The translations under genes were made by a program, and so were the position numbers. Shown one piece after another: positions 36,375-44,932 of a DNA stretch of 53,257 bases. Each line of letters begins with the position of its first letter. Positions within the stretch are counted from its first letter, which is position 1. Location of the stretch: assembly GCA_024238995.1 (NCBI GenBank), contig JANBVL010000004.1, positions 1-53,257 on the forward strand, in the 5' to 3' direction. The notes beneath the pieces are model-generated. The model was not told where the DNA came from. It did no database searches and saw nothing but the letters and a program-made list of their open reading frames with translations. The DNA is from Patescibacteria group bacterium (GTDB lineage Bacteria; Patescibacteriota; Minisyncoccia; Minisyncoccales; JANBVM01).

Positions 36375-37577
36375 ATGAAATTTAATTATCAAGCTAGAAC
36401 AAAAGAAGGAGAGGTTAGGATTGGAATAATAGAAGCTGCTTCTAAGGAATCTGCGATGACTTTACTACAAAAATATGATTTTTTTGTTACTTATCTTAAA
36501 GAAGCTGATGTTCCTTTTTATGCAAAAAGAATTGAGGCTTTTGGGAAAGTTTCTTCAAGAGATATTGTTTTGTTCTCCAGACAACTGTCAATGATGTTTG
36601 GTTCAGAAGTTCCTTTAGCAGAATCTTTAAGGGTTTTGTCTGGCCAGACAAGGAATTTAAAATTAAGAGAAAGGATTTTTACTTTGTCAAAAGAAATAGA
36701 AGGAGGCAGTCCATTTTCTAAAGCCTTGGCGCGTTATCCTGAAACTTTTTCTAATTTCTATGTTGCAATGGTTAAAGCGGGAGAGGTTTCTGGTAATCTT
36801 TCAGAATCCTTAACTTATTTAGCCGATCATTTAGAAAGAGAATATGAACTTGGCTCAAAAACCAAGGGAGCGTTAATTTATCCTTCTATGGTTTTATTGC
36901 TTGTTTTCGCCATTTTATTTTTAATGGTTTATTCTATTATTCCCCAGCTTAAAACTGTTATAGAACAAAGCGCTGCTGAAATTCCGAAAGTTACTCAATC
37001 GGTGCTTGCAACTTCTGAATTTGTAAGGAAAAATGGACTTGTCATATTGTCAGTTATTTTCCTTTCCTTTTTCGCAATTATTAGATATTACAAAACAAAA
37101 AAAGGAAAAAGTTTTTTTGACAGATTTTCTCTTCAAATTCCTGTTCTCGGACCACTAATAAAAACACTCTATCTTACCAGGTTTGCTGAAAGTCTTGCTA
37201 CTTTAATTTCTGGCGGGCTGTTGATTACTAGGTCATTGGAACTTTCTGCTGATATTGTTGGAAATGAAGTTTATAAGCAAGCAATATTTAATGTAAGAGA
37301 TGAGGTAAGAAAGGGAACTCCAATCTCCTCTGTTTTAGCGCTTTCTCCTGAGATTTTCCCTCCGGTTTTTGTTCAAATGACTTTGGTGGGTGAAAAAACA
37401 GGGAGTTTAGATAACAGTTTAATGAGTATTGCAAAGTTCTATCAAAAAGAAGTTGAAAGAGGTATTACTAATGCCTTAGCATTTTTAGAGCCAGCATTGA
37501 TTATGGTATTAGGTCTTGTTGTTGGCGGTATGATGCTTGCAGTTTTAATGCCTCTTTATCAAGTAATTACTTTTTAA
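36375..37577 (+). CDS. pilC: Type IV pilus platform protein PilC (GspF family)
   Basis: 400 aa with two GspF-type repeats and three TM helices, the typical PilC layout. Confidence 0.85.
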   Translation: MKFNYQARTKEGEVRIGIIEAASKESAMTLLQKYDFFVTYLKEADVPFYAKRIEAFGKVSSRDIVLFSRQLSMMFGSEVPLAESLRVLSGQTRNLKLRERIFTLSKEIEGGSPFSKALARYPETFSNFYVAMVKAGEVSGNLSESLTYLADHLEREYELGSKTKGALIYPSMVLLLVFAILFLMVYSIIPQLKTVIEQSAAEIPKVTQSVLATSEFVRKNGLVILSVIFLSFFAIIRYYKTKKGKSFFDRFSLQIPVLGPLIKTLYLTRFAESLATLISGGLLITRSLELSADIVGNEVYKQAIFNVRDEVRKGTPISSVLALSPEIFPPVFVQMTLVGEKTGSLDNSLMSIAKFYQKEVERGITNALAFLEPALIMVLGLVVGGMMLAVLMPLYQVITF

Positions 37578-37647
37578 GTTCTGTGAATTACTTTTTCTAA
37601 AAAAGGTGTTAAAATGTATTATTAGAAAAAATAATTTTTAAAATATT

Positions 37648-38112
37648 GTGGAGAAGAGAAAAGGATTCACTTTAATAGAACTTTTAGTTGTAATTGCAAT
37701 GATCGCTGTTTTAGCAAGCACTGTTTTTGTTGTTTTGGGTCCTGCTAGGAAAAAATCAAGAGATGCTAAGAGAAGAGCAGATTTTAAACAGATTAGCACT
37801 GCTATGGAAGTATGCTATAATGAAACTAGTTGTGGTGCTGGAGATAATCAGTATCCTGTTCCTGGCGCAGGAGCAAATACTTTAAGCGCAATTGGCAATA
37901 TTATAATTGCAGTTCCCCGTGATCCAGTGGACACATCTCCATACCAATATACCTGGACTGCTGGAGAAACTTATTATTATTGTCTTTATACAAAAGCAGA
38001 ATCATTAACTGATACTTGGTTTTGCTCCTCAGATAAAGGAGTTTTTTCAAAAGAATCAGCAGGTTATACGCCTTCAAATACTGATTGCTGTGGCATTGAT
38101 ATTACTCAATAA
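37648..38112 (+). CDS. Type IV pilin (prepilin motif KG|FTLIELLVV), GTG start
   Basis: 154 aa with a class III signal peptide with G-1 and E+5, a hydrophobic alpha1 helix and a Cys-rich C-terminal globular part. Confidence 0.9.
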   Translation: MEKRKGFTLIELLVVIAMIAVLASTVFVVLGPARKKSRDAKRRADFKQISTAMEVCYNETSCGAGDNQYPVPGAGANTLSAIGNIIIAVPRDPVDTSPYQYTWTAGETYYYCLYTKAESLTDTWFCSSDKGVFSKESAGYTPSNTDCCGIDITQ

Positions 38113-38172
38113 AATGATTTTTAAAAAAAATTAGAAAAAGGTCGATTCCTTTAATAAATAGTTGTCAAAAAT

Positions 38173-38661
38173 ATGTTGAAAAATAAAAAAGGATTTACAT
38201 TAGTTGAATTATTGGTAGTGATTGCAATTATTGGGACTTTATCAGGCATTGTTTTAGTTTCTTTAGGTGGAGCAAGAGAAAAAGCAAGGGATGCAGTAAG
38301 ACAGTCTGATATGCGTCAGATCGTTACTGCTCAAGAAATATATTATTCAGACAATGATGCCTATTTTACAGATGTCGGCACTGGTGGTGTTCCTGCAATT
38401 TCTACCTACTTACAAGCTGTGAGCGATCCTTTAAGTTCACAAAGTTATACGTGGGCAAATAATACAGGGGCTTTAGATTGTACTAATGATGATTATAGTG
38501 CTATTTTAGATCAGTGGTTTTGTGCTTATGCAACTCTAGAAGAAGATAGCGCAATAAGCGGCAACGAGATTTATTTTGTTTCCACTCATATGGGAAGTAG
38601 AAAACTAGATTTAGCTGCTGCGCCAGGTACTACTTTGACTTGCACTTGTTTTATTTGGTAG
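38173..38661 (+). CDS. Type IV pilin, second paralog (KKG|FTLVELLVV)
   Basis: 162 aa with the same prepilin leader/E+5 architecture. A strong hairpin terminator follows. Confidence 0.9.
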   Translation: MLKNKKGFTLVELLVVIAIIGTLSGIVLVSLGGAREKARDAVRQSDMRQIVTAQEIYYSDNDAYFTDVGTGGVPAISTYLQAVSDPLSSQSYTWANNTGALDCTNDDYSAILDQWFCAYATLEEDSAISGNEIYFVSTHMGSRKLDLAAAPGTTLTCTCFIW

Positions 38662-38690
38662 GTTTTAGTTTGAATTAAAAAAAAGAGAAT

Positions 38691-38719
38691 CAGCAGGTTA
38701 TCCTGCTGGTTTTTATTTT
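38691..38719 (+). terminator. Intrinsic terminator after the pilin genes
   Basis: Stem cagcagg / cctgctg with loop ttat, followed by gtttttattttt. Confidence 0.7.
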
Positions 38720-38746
38720 TAAGACCTAAAATGTTAAAATACTTCA

Positions 38747-39535
38747 ATGCAGTTTTTAATCTATTTTTTAATATTTATTTTTGGTTTGATTGTCGGTTCT
38801 TTTTTAAATTCAGTAATTTACAGACTTTCAACAAACGCTAGTTTTTTACTTGGCAGGTCGTATTGCCCGGAATGCAAATCAAATTTAAAATGGCATGATT
38901 TAATACCGATTATAAGCTTCTTAGTTTTGGCTGGCAAATGCCGTTATTGTAAAAAACCAATATCTATCCAATATATTTTAGTGGAATTGGCTACAGCTGG
39001 TTTGTTCTTTTTTATAGTCTTTCAAAACATTGATTTATTACTGTATGGCTTTTCTCTTGCTGTTTTTTTAAAAATTTGCTTTTTATTCATTGTTTCTTGT
39101 TTTTTGATAATCATTTTTGCTTATGACTTAAAGCATTACATTATTCCTGACAAGGTGATTTTTCCTTTAATATTGGTAACTGGTATTTTTAATTTTTACA
39201 CAGGATATGATGTTTTAAATACAATATATTCTGCTTTTGGCGCATCACTCTTTTTCTTGTTTATAGTTTTAATATCTAAAGGCACATGGATGGGAATGGG
39301 TGATGTGAAGTTGGCTTTTTTTATGGGTTTGTTTTTAGGTTTTCCTAAGATTATGGTAGCTTTGTTTTTAGCGTTTTTTTCTGGAGCAGTAATTGGAATA
39401 ATACTTATGATTTCAGGTAAAAAAACCTTGAAATCAGAAATTCCTTTTGGCCCGTTTTTAATTTTTGGAACTTTTCTAGCATTGTTTTTTGAGTACGAGA
39501 TAATTAGTTTTTATCTTTCCTTGTATGGTTTTTAA
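38747..39535 (+). CDS. pilD: Prepilin peptidase PilD (A24 family)
   Basis: 262 aa and polytopic. It has an N-terminal Cys pairs region (CPEC...CRYC) and catalytic Asp contexts (FAYDLKHYIIPD, GMGDVKL). Confidence 0.9.
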   Translation: MQFLIYFLIFIFGLIVGSFLNSVIYRLSTNASFLLGRSYCPECKSNLKWHDLIPIISFLVLAGKCRYCKKPISIQYILVELATAGLFFFIVFQNIDLLLYGFSLAVFLKICFLFIVSCFLIIIFAYDLKHYIIPDKVIFPLILVTGIFNFYTGYDVLNTIYSAFGASLFFLFIVLISKGTWMGMGDVKLAFFMGLFLGFPKIMVALFLAFFSGAVIGIILMISGKKTLKSEIPFGPFLIFGTFLALFFEYEIISFYLSLYGF

Positions 39536-39562
39536 CGTTTTTTTATTTGAATTTGTTTGGTT

Positions 39563-39615
39563 GGACAAGCTTAGCTTATCGTAACTTGTTTCTAGGGATA
39601 AGCTTAGCTTATCCC
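39563..39615. repeat. Two tandem GCTTAGC-centred hairpin units (family copies 2 and 3, ~32-nt period)
   Basis: ggacaagcTTAgcttatcg (39563-39581) and gggataagcTTAgcttatccc (39595-39615, a perfect 9-bp stem). Each is followed by aacttg(g)ttt. Confidence 0.65.
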
Positions 39616-39657
39616 CAACTTGGTTTGTTTGACGTCATTTTCAATGAAATTAAAATT

Positions 39658-39852
39658 ATGCTTGACGATAAAGACATCCAAAAATTTATAGAGGTTTTTC
39701 CTACCAAGGAAGAAGTAGTTAGTAAAGAAGATTTTAAAGATTTTAGAGAAGAAATGAGGAAAAGTTTTTCTGATTTACAAGCTTTAGTAGATGCTTACGC
39801 CAAAAAGGCAGATGTGTATTTTCAAGAAATGGTTGCTTTATTTTATAAGTAG
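39658..39852 (+). CDS. Small hypothetical protein (64 aa)
   Basis: The listed ORF (TTG 39547) runs through the hairpin repeats, so ATG 39658 (MLDDKDIQKF) is more plausible. It is charged and helical-looking with no recognisable motif, and it could be a gene remnant. Confidence 0.35.
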   Translation: MLDDKDIQKFIEVFPTKEEVVSKEDFKDFREEMRKSFSDLQALVDAYAKKADVYFQEMVALFYK

Positions 39853-39985
39853 ATTGTAAGGAAAAATGGATTAAATAAATTACTAAGAAACTAAGAGTAA
39901 AATTAAAGCGTTAATCTTACTAATTTTGAATTACTTTCACTAACGTTCTTTAAGGACTGTTTTTTACGTTTCATCAGTAGAATTT

Positions 39986-40004
39986 GGTCGGCTGAGCCTA
40001 TGGC
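39986..40004. repeat. Degenerate copy of the hairpin repeat family
   Basis: ggtcggcTGAgcctatggc is preceded by cgtttc, in the same relative arrangement as copy 40624-40642. The stem is only partial. Confidence 0.35.
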
Positions 40005-40097
40005 TTGACATAAATTGTAAAGCAAAATACTCTAAGAATAGAATTAATTTTGTAATGCTTTTTAGAAATCATAAATTTCTGAATAAAGCAAAGAACT

Positions 40098-40343
40098 ATG
40101 AAACTATACATTGTTAATTATATAGAAAAACTCTTACGCAAAGCAGAATATGAACATGATGAAGAAACGAGAAGCTGGTGCGCCAGTATAAAAGAATTAC
40201 CAGGAGCTTATGCTCAAGCTAATACCATAGAAGAAGTAAGGGAACAGTTAGCTGAAGTAATCGAGGATTATATTCTAGTAAGTCTTCGAGAAAAACATTC
40301 TTTGCCAGGGTTTAAGAAGCTGTCCACTAAAGTACATGCCTAA
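40098..40343 (+). CDS. hicB: HicB-family antitoxin (short, no DNA-binding extension)
   Basis: 81 aa. SWCASIKELPGAYAQANTIEEVREQLAEVIEDY matches the HicB/UPF0150 core. There is an 8-nt overlap with the downstream hicA. Confidence 0.75.
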   Translation: MKLYIVNYIEKLLRKAEYEHDEETRSWCASIKELPGAYAQANTIEEVREQLAEVIEDYILVSLREKHSLPGFKKLSTKVHA

Positions 40344-40554
40344 ACTTTCGCCTCTTTCTCGAAGAATCTTAATAAAGAAATTAAGAAAGCTTGGGTTTTC
40401 TGGTCCCTACTCAGCTGCCAGGCATGAATACATGAAACGAAATAATGAAAAGATTTTCGTTCCTAACCCTCATGGGAAAGATATTGGCTTACCAATCATA
40501 AAGAAAATTATCCGACAACTCAAAATTTCAAATCGAGAATTTTTAGATTTATAA
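40336..40554 (+). CDS. hicA: HicA-family mRNA-interferase toxin
   Basis: 72 aa. LIKKLRKLGF...ARHEYM...IFVPNPHGKDIGLPIIKKIIRQLKIS matches the HicA/YcfA pattern. Confidence 0.75.
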   Translation: MPKLSPLSRRILIKKLRKLGFSGPYSAARHEYMKRNNEKIFVPNPHGKDIGLPIIKKIIRQLKISNREFLDL

Positions 40555-40583
40555 ATTGCTTTACGTTAGATTTATTCTCTCTA

Positions 40584-40607
40584 ACAGCTTTCAAAGGGCT
40601 GTTTTTT
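40584..40607 (+). terminator. Weak hairpin terminator after hicA
   Basis: Stem acagc / gctgt with a 9-nt loop and a T6 run. A related degenerate sequence lies at about 39935-39967. Confidence 0.4.
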
Positions 40608-40623
40608 CTTGCGTTTCTTCTTT

Positions 40624-40691
40624 GGACAGACTTAGTTTATCCAAATTTCTTTTGCGTTTCTTTTACATTTAGGATGAGCTTAGCTCATCCT
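40624..40691. repeat. Two hairpin units of the GCTTAGC family (copies 5 and 6)
   Basis: ggacagacTTAgtttatcc (40624-40642) and aggatgagcTTAgctcatcct (40671-40691, a perfect 9-bp stem). Each is preceded by ttgcgtttctt. Confidence 0.6.
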
Positions 40692-40742
40692 CTTCAATAC
40701 ACCCTCCTTTTTCTTTTTTTTTCGTTGTAGTAAAATAAAAGA

Positions 40743-43700
40743 ATGTTAAAGAAAAAAATATTTTCGAAAAATATTAAATTTTTCTTATTGATTTTTATTA
40801 TTACTTTAAGCTTTTTTGTGTTTGGAAAAGCAAATGCAGGAACAAATGATAATGTTTCTGGTTGGGCTTGGTCTGAAAATATTGGCTGGATTAGTTTTAA
40901 TTGCAATAATCCAGAGTTGCCACAGCCTCGTTGTTCGCCTAATTATGGTGTCAAGGTTAGTACATCAACAGGAGATTTTTCTGGTTATGCTTGGTCAGAA
41001 AACATTGGCTGGATTAGTTTCGAGGAATCAGATCTTGTTGGGTGTCCGCCCATATTTCCTTCTTGTAAGGCTAATCTTAATCTGCAGACAAATGAAGTTT
41101 CTGGTTGGGCAAAAGCATTAGACATACAAGAGTGGATAAGATTAAGAAATTCAACTTATGGGATTTATCGTAATTCTTCAACGAATGAATTTGAGGATTG
41201 GGCCTGGTCAGACCAGACTATTGGTTGGATTAGTTTTAATAGTGCAACTGGTGGAGGACCAATTCAATATGCAGTAGTAATAGATATTGATACTATTGAC
41301 CCAGAAGCTACTTCTTTTGGTACTGATCCTTCTGATCCTAACTGGATTAATGGTGCAGATCCAAACCTTACAGTTTCTTGGACAGTAACCGATGGTGGAG
41401 GTTCTCATTTAAATTATGTTGAGGTTTGGAGAGCGGATGATGTTGGTGGTAGTCCTGGCACATGGACTATGGTTGGAGATAATTACTATGCTCCAGTTGG
41501 CTCTGATTTTTGGGCTAGTTCTACCACTCATTCAACAAGTGATTATTTACAAGATGGTATTTGGTGGTATGGACTTCATGTTATAGATAATAACGGGAAT
41601 TGGGCAGATGAAGGTGGCCCAGTAAAAGTTAGAGTAGATACTACGGAGCCTAATTCTCAAATACAATCACCTTCATCAGGAACTTGGTATTCTAATGATT
41701 TCTCATTAGACACTTTGGATGAAGACTTGGGATCAGGTCTTGATAATGGTTTGTGTGAGTATAAGATTATTCCTTATGAAGACACTAATGGAGATGGTAT
41801 TGCTGAAACAGAAAGGACTTCTTCAGGCTGGCTTTCAAGAACCTGCAATAGTCTATCAACAATTATAACAGTAGGTACTGCTGATTATTGTAAATACCAG
41901 GCAGAAGATGCTTGCTGGGTGAATATTCATTCAACAGACAATGCGGGGAACCAACACTCTGAAAGTGTAGAAAGCGGCTCTATTAAGAACTATCATATTG
42001 ACTGGACATATCCTGAAGTTGGAATAGTTTCTCCTGTGATTGCTGAACAAGGAGTTGAACAGACCTTTAGTGCTTCTTTATCTGATGCGGTAGGCAGAGT
42101 TCCTTATTGCTGGTTTTATGTGGATGGACAGTCAACAAGCACTGAGTTTATTACAATTTCACCTTCTCCTTGTGAGAATGGAGCAAGCTGTACTGTTACA
42201 ACAACCCATCAATTTTTAGACCCTGGAGATTATAGTGTTAGATTTGCATGTCAAGATGCTGCGAGTAATTTAACCTGGGGTATTTCTACTTCGGTGAGTG
42301 TTAGTGAAACTAATGCTCCCATCATAACTAGTTTAGGTTATTTTACTTCTCACTCTTCTACTCCAGGACAACAGTGTACTGATCAATTTGTTTGTTGTAC
42401 TGAACCAACCACTCAAACTGATTGCAATATCAAATTTAACATCAGTGCTTATGATCCAGATGGAAGTCCTTTAGGTTATACCTGGGATTTTGGTGACGGA
42501 GCGCCTGAATCAAACGAAGAAGATCCTTCTCATTATTATTATACTGCTAATACTTACAATGCTGTGGTTGATGTTTTTGATGGAATTGATCATACCTATG
42601 ATAGTCTTGGTGTACTAGTAACTAATCCAACAGTTTCTGTCAGTCTTACTGCTGATCCAAGTTTTGGCATTAATTCGCTGAGCAATGTTGATTTATCAAC
42701 AATTGTCAGTGGTTCAATGTCTGGAACTATTAGTTATAGGTTTGACTGCACTAATAATGGAGATTGGGAGCTTGAAGCACTGCATCAGTCAGTTTCAACT
42801 TTTACTGCAGTAGATTTGTGTAATTATGCTTCTTCAGGTATTTATACTGCAAAAGTTTCAATTGACAGAGGAGATGGAAATAATATTATAGACACTACAG
42901 AAATTAACGTAGAGACATCAGAATGCATTCCTGATCAACAAACTAATTGTACATCGCCTCAAGGGTGTCCTCATACGATTACATGTCAGCAAGATGGGAC
43001 TTGGCCAAGTTGTCCAACAAATGAATGTGTAAAAGACAGTACTAGAAGTTGTGAGAATTGTGGAGAACAAATTTGTTCATCAACTTGTGAGTGGGGAGTT
43101 TGTGAGGGGGGTGAAGGATGCACTGTTGGACCAGATTGTCCAGATTGTCCATGTTTGCCTGACGTTTGTGTTGGTCAAGATTATTATGATTATCCTGATT
43201 TTGGTGATTGTGATGCGAGTTGTGTTTGTAATACTGGAGCTAATCCAGGTGAACCTTGTGAGCTAAATATTATTATTGATGACCTTCGATGTAATGAAGC
43301 TCCAGTATGTGATTCTTTAATTGCTGCACCAGAACAAGGAGCAGCACCTGTTGAAATATCATTTACTGGTTTAGGTCATGATAATGATGGATCAATTATA
43401 GACTACGGCTTTATTTTCGGGGATGGTAGTTCAAGCACTACAACGTTTGACAATATTAGTCATATTTATAATACACCAGGCACATATTGTGCTAAATTAA
43501 AAATTAAAGATAATGATGGAGTTTGGAGTGCAACTCCTGGCGATTGTCCAGATGTTTGTGCAAAACAAATAAACATTAGTGAAAACACTCCTCCAGTTGC
43601 TAGTGTTGCTTGTGACGGCTCTGGTTGCGGTCCTGGTTCAGCTTGTGATGGCATCTGGGTTGCTTATAACAGGAATTGTGATTTTTATTTCTTAAATCAA

Positions 43701-44300
43701 TCAACTGATCTTAATTCTACAAATCCACCTGATAATAATGATGATATTATAAAATCTACATGGTCAATCTTTTATCAAGGCGGCACTCCTTGGCAGGATC
43801 CTTATGTTATTTGTAATGATGATGATCAGACACAGGAAAATGAGGCAATTTGTGATATTTTAATGCCCTTACTTCCAGCAAGTGAAAATTATTATGTTGC
43901 TTTAACTGTTGAAGATAAAGCTGAGGTAACGGATCAGCAAAACAAGAACTTTTACGTTAAAAGTGAAATAGCTACTGATTTTCAATGTTCTTCTGCTGAA
44001 GGTGGCTGGCAGTCTTGTGATGGTTTCGTATCTTCTGAAGGTGAAATTGTGGAATTCCAAGATATTACTATCGTTTCTGAAGGAGCGACAGGAATTAGTA
44101 GTTGGATCTGGACTTTTGAAGATGGCGATCCAGCCACTAGCAATATTCAAAATCCCTCAGCAAGCTTTGTTAATATTGATGGTAGTTCTGGTACAGTAAC
44201 ATTAGAAGTGACAGATGATACAGGAAGAATTGATACACAAAGCTATCAGTTACAGATTACAATTCCTTTACCAGAATGGTATGAGGTTACTCCTTTTTAA
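40743..44300 (+). CDS. Large secreted multidomain protein: signal peptide, 4x GW(A)WSxxIGWISF repeats, Ig-like modules, PKD-like modules, Cys-rich module (candidate pilus-associated adhesin)
   Basis: 1185 aa with signal peptide ...FGKANA|G and four N-terminal repeats (aa 38-166). There are DTxxP-bounded Ig-like units and PKD-like signatures (YTWDFGDG, YGFIFGDG, WIWTFEDGD). About 22 Cys fall in aa 728-856. The stop overlaps the next ORF. Confidence 0.85.
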   Translation: MLKKKIFSKNIKFFLLIFIITLSFFVFGKANAGTNDNVSGWAWSENIGWISFNCNNPELPQPRCSPNYGVKVSTSTGDFSGYAWSENIGWISFEESDLVGCPPIFPSCKANLNLQTNEVSGWAKALDIQEWIRLRNSTYGIYRNSSTNEFEDWAWSDQTIGWISFNSATGGGPIQYAVVIDIDTIDPEATSFGTDPSDPNWINGADPNLTVSWTVTDGGGSHLNYVEVWRADDVGGSPGTWTMVGDNYYAPVGSDFWASSTTHSTSDYLQDGIWWYGLHVIDNNGNWADEGGPVKVRVDTTEPNSQIQSPSSGTWYSNDFSLDTLDEDLGSGLDNGLCEYKIIPYEDTNGDGIAETERTSSGWLSRTCNSLSTIITVGTADYCKYQAEDACWVNIHSTDNAGNQHSESVESGSIKNYHIDWTYPEVGIVSPVIAEQGVEQTFSASLSDAVGRVPYCWFYVDGQSTSTEFITISPSPCENGASCTVTTTHQFLDPGDYSVRFACQDAASNLTWGISTSVSVSETNAPIITSLGYFTSHSSTPGQQCTDQFVCCTEPTTQTDCNIKFNISAYDPDGSPLGYTWDFGDGAPESNEEDPSHYYYTANTYNAVVDVFDGIDHTYDSLGVLVTNPTVSVSLTADPSFGINSLSNVDLSTIVSGSMSGTISYRFDCTNNGDWELEALHQSVSTFTAVDLCNYASSGIYTAKVSIDRGDGNNIIDTTEINVETSECIPDQQTNCTSPQGCPHTITCQQDGTWPSCPTNECVKDSTRSCENCGEQICSSTCEWGVCEGGEGCTVGPDCPDCPCLPDVCVGQDYYDYPDFGDCDASCVCNTGANPGEPCELNIIIDDLRCNEAPVCDSLIAAPEQGAAPVEISFTGLGHDNDGSIIDYGFIFGDGSSSTTTFDNISHIYNTPGTYCAKLKIKDNDGVWSATPGDCPDVCAKQINISENTPPVASVACDGSGCGPGSACDGIWVAYNRNCDFYFLNQSTDLNSTNPPDNNDDIIKSTWSIFYQGGTPWQDPYVICNDDDQTQENEAICDILMPLLPASENYYVALTVEDKAEVTDQQNKNFYVKSEIATDFQCSSAEGGWQSCDGFVSSEGEIVEFQDITIVSEGATGISSWIWTFEDGDPATSNIQNPSASFVNIDGSSGTVTLEVTDDTGRIDTQSYQLQITIPLPEWYEVTPF

Positions 44301-44362
44301 TGATGAACCCTTTAATTATGTTAAAGGATAAAAACTTTAAGTTTTTATTATTGTTTAAAAAT

Positions 44363-44932
44363 ATGAGAAAAAATAATAACACAGGATTCACACTTGCCGA
44401 GCTTCTTATTGTGATCACTATCATTCTCCTTTTTTTCCCAATGGTTATTTCAAATTATAATACTAGTGAAAAGCAGTTTTCTCTTTATAGGTCAGCTCAT
44501 AATCTGGCTCAGGATTTAAGAGACACACAAGAAATGGCAATGACAGGACAATTAACTCCTCTTAGTTTTGACCAGAGTTTCCCAAGAGGAGGATACGGAC
44601 TTTATTTTAAAGATTTAAAAAATTCATATATATTATTTGCAGATTGTGATGGTGATAATGAATATGATTCAGAAGGTATAGCTGCAACTTGTACTGATGC
44701 AACCGTAGAAGATCCTTATCCTGAAAAGCTCCAAGACTTATCTTTAGAGCCCGGAGTTTTGATTTCTAATATAATTCCTCAGTCTCCACTAGTAATCACT
44801 TTTTTGCCTCCAACTCCTCTTATAACCATAAATCCTCAACCTTTTGATAATCAAGCAGTAATTAGTTTAACATTTAGTAGAAACACAAAAACCGTCAGCA
44901 TTAATACAGTTGGCTTAATAGATGTTGATTAA
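44363..44932 (+). CDS. Minor pilin, GspH/FimT-like (TG|FTLAELLIV)
   Basis: The probable start is ATG 44363 (MRKNNNTGFTLAELL), while the listed ORF starts at 44300. It has a prepilin motif with E+5 and a FSLYRSAHNLAQDLRDTQEMA helix typical of GspH/FimT-like pilins. Confidence 0.75.
   Translation: MRKNNNTGFTLAELLIVITIILLFFPMVISNYNTSEKQFSLYRSAHNLAQDLRDTQEMAMTGQLTPLSFDQSFPRGGYGLYFKDLKNSYILFADCDGDNEYDSEGIAATCTDATVEDPYPEKLQDLSLEPGVLISNIIPQSPLVITFLPPTPLITINPQPFDNQAVISLTFSRNTKTVSINTVGLIDVD

Noticed and set aside
39563-40691. Possibility that the hairpin repeats are a small CRISPR array.
   Set aside because: At most two adjacent copies occur, the spacing is unequal (about 32 and 47 nt), the repeat sequences diverge and protein-coding genes lie between groups. 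There are no cas genes in the window.
39536-40742. Possibility that the ORF-plus-hairpin modules are integron gene cassettes with attC sites.
   Set aside because: There is no intI integrase or attI nearby. I could not find the RYYYAAC / GTTRRRY core sites, and the hairpins (~20 nt) are much shorter than attC sites. I kept only the neutral description cassette-like.
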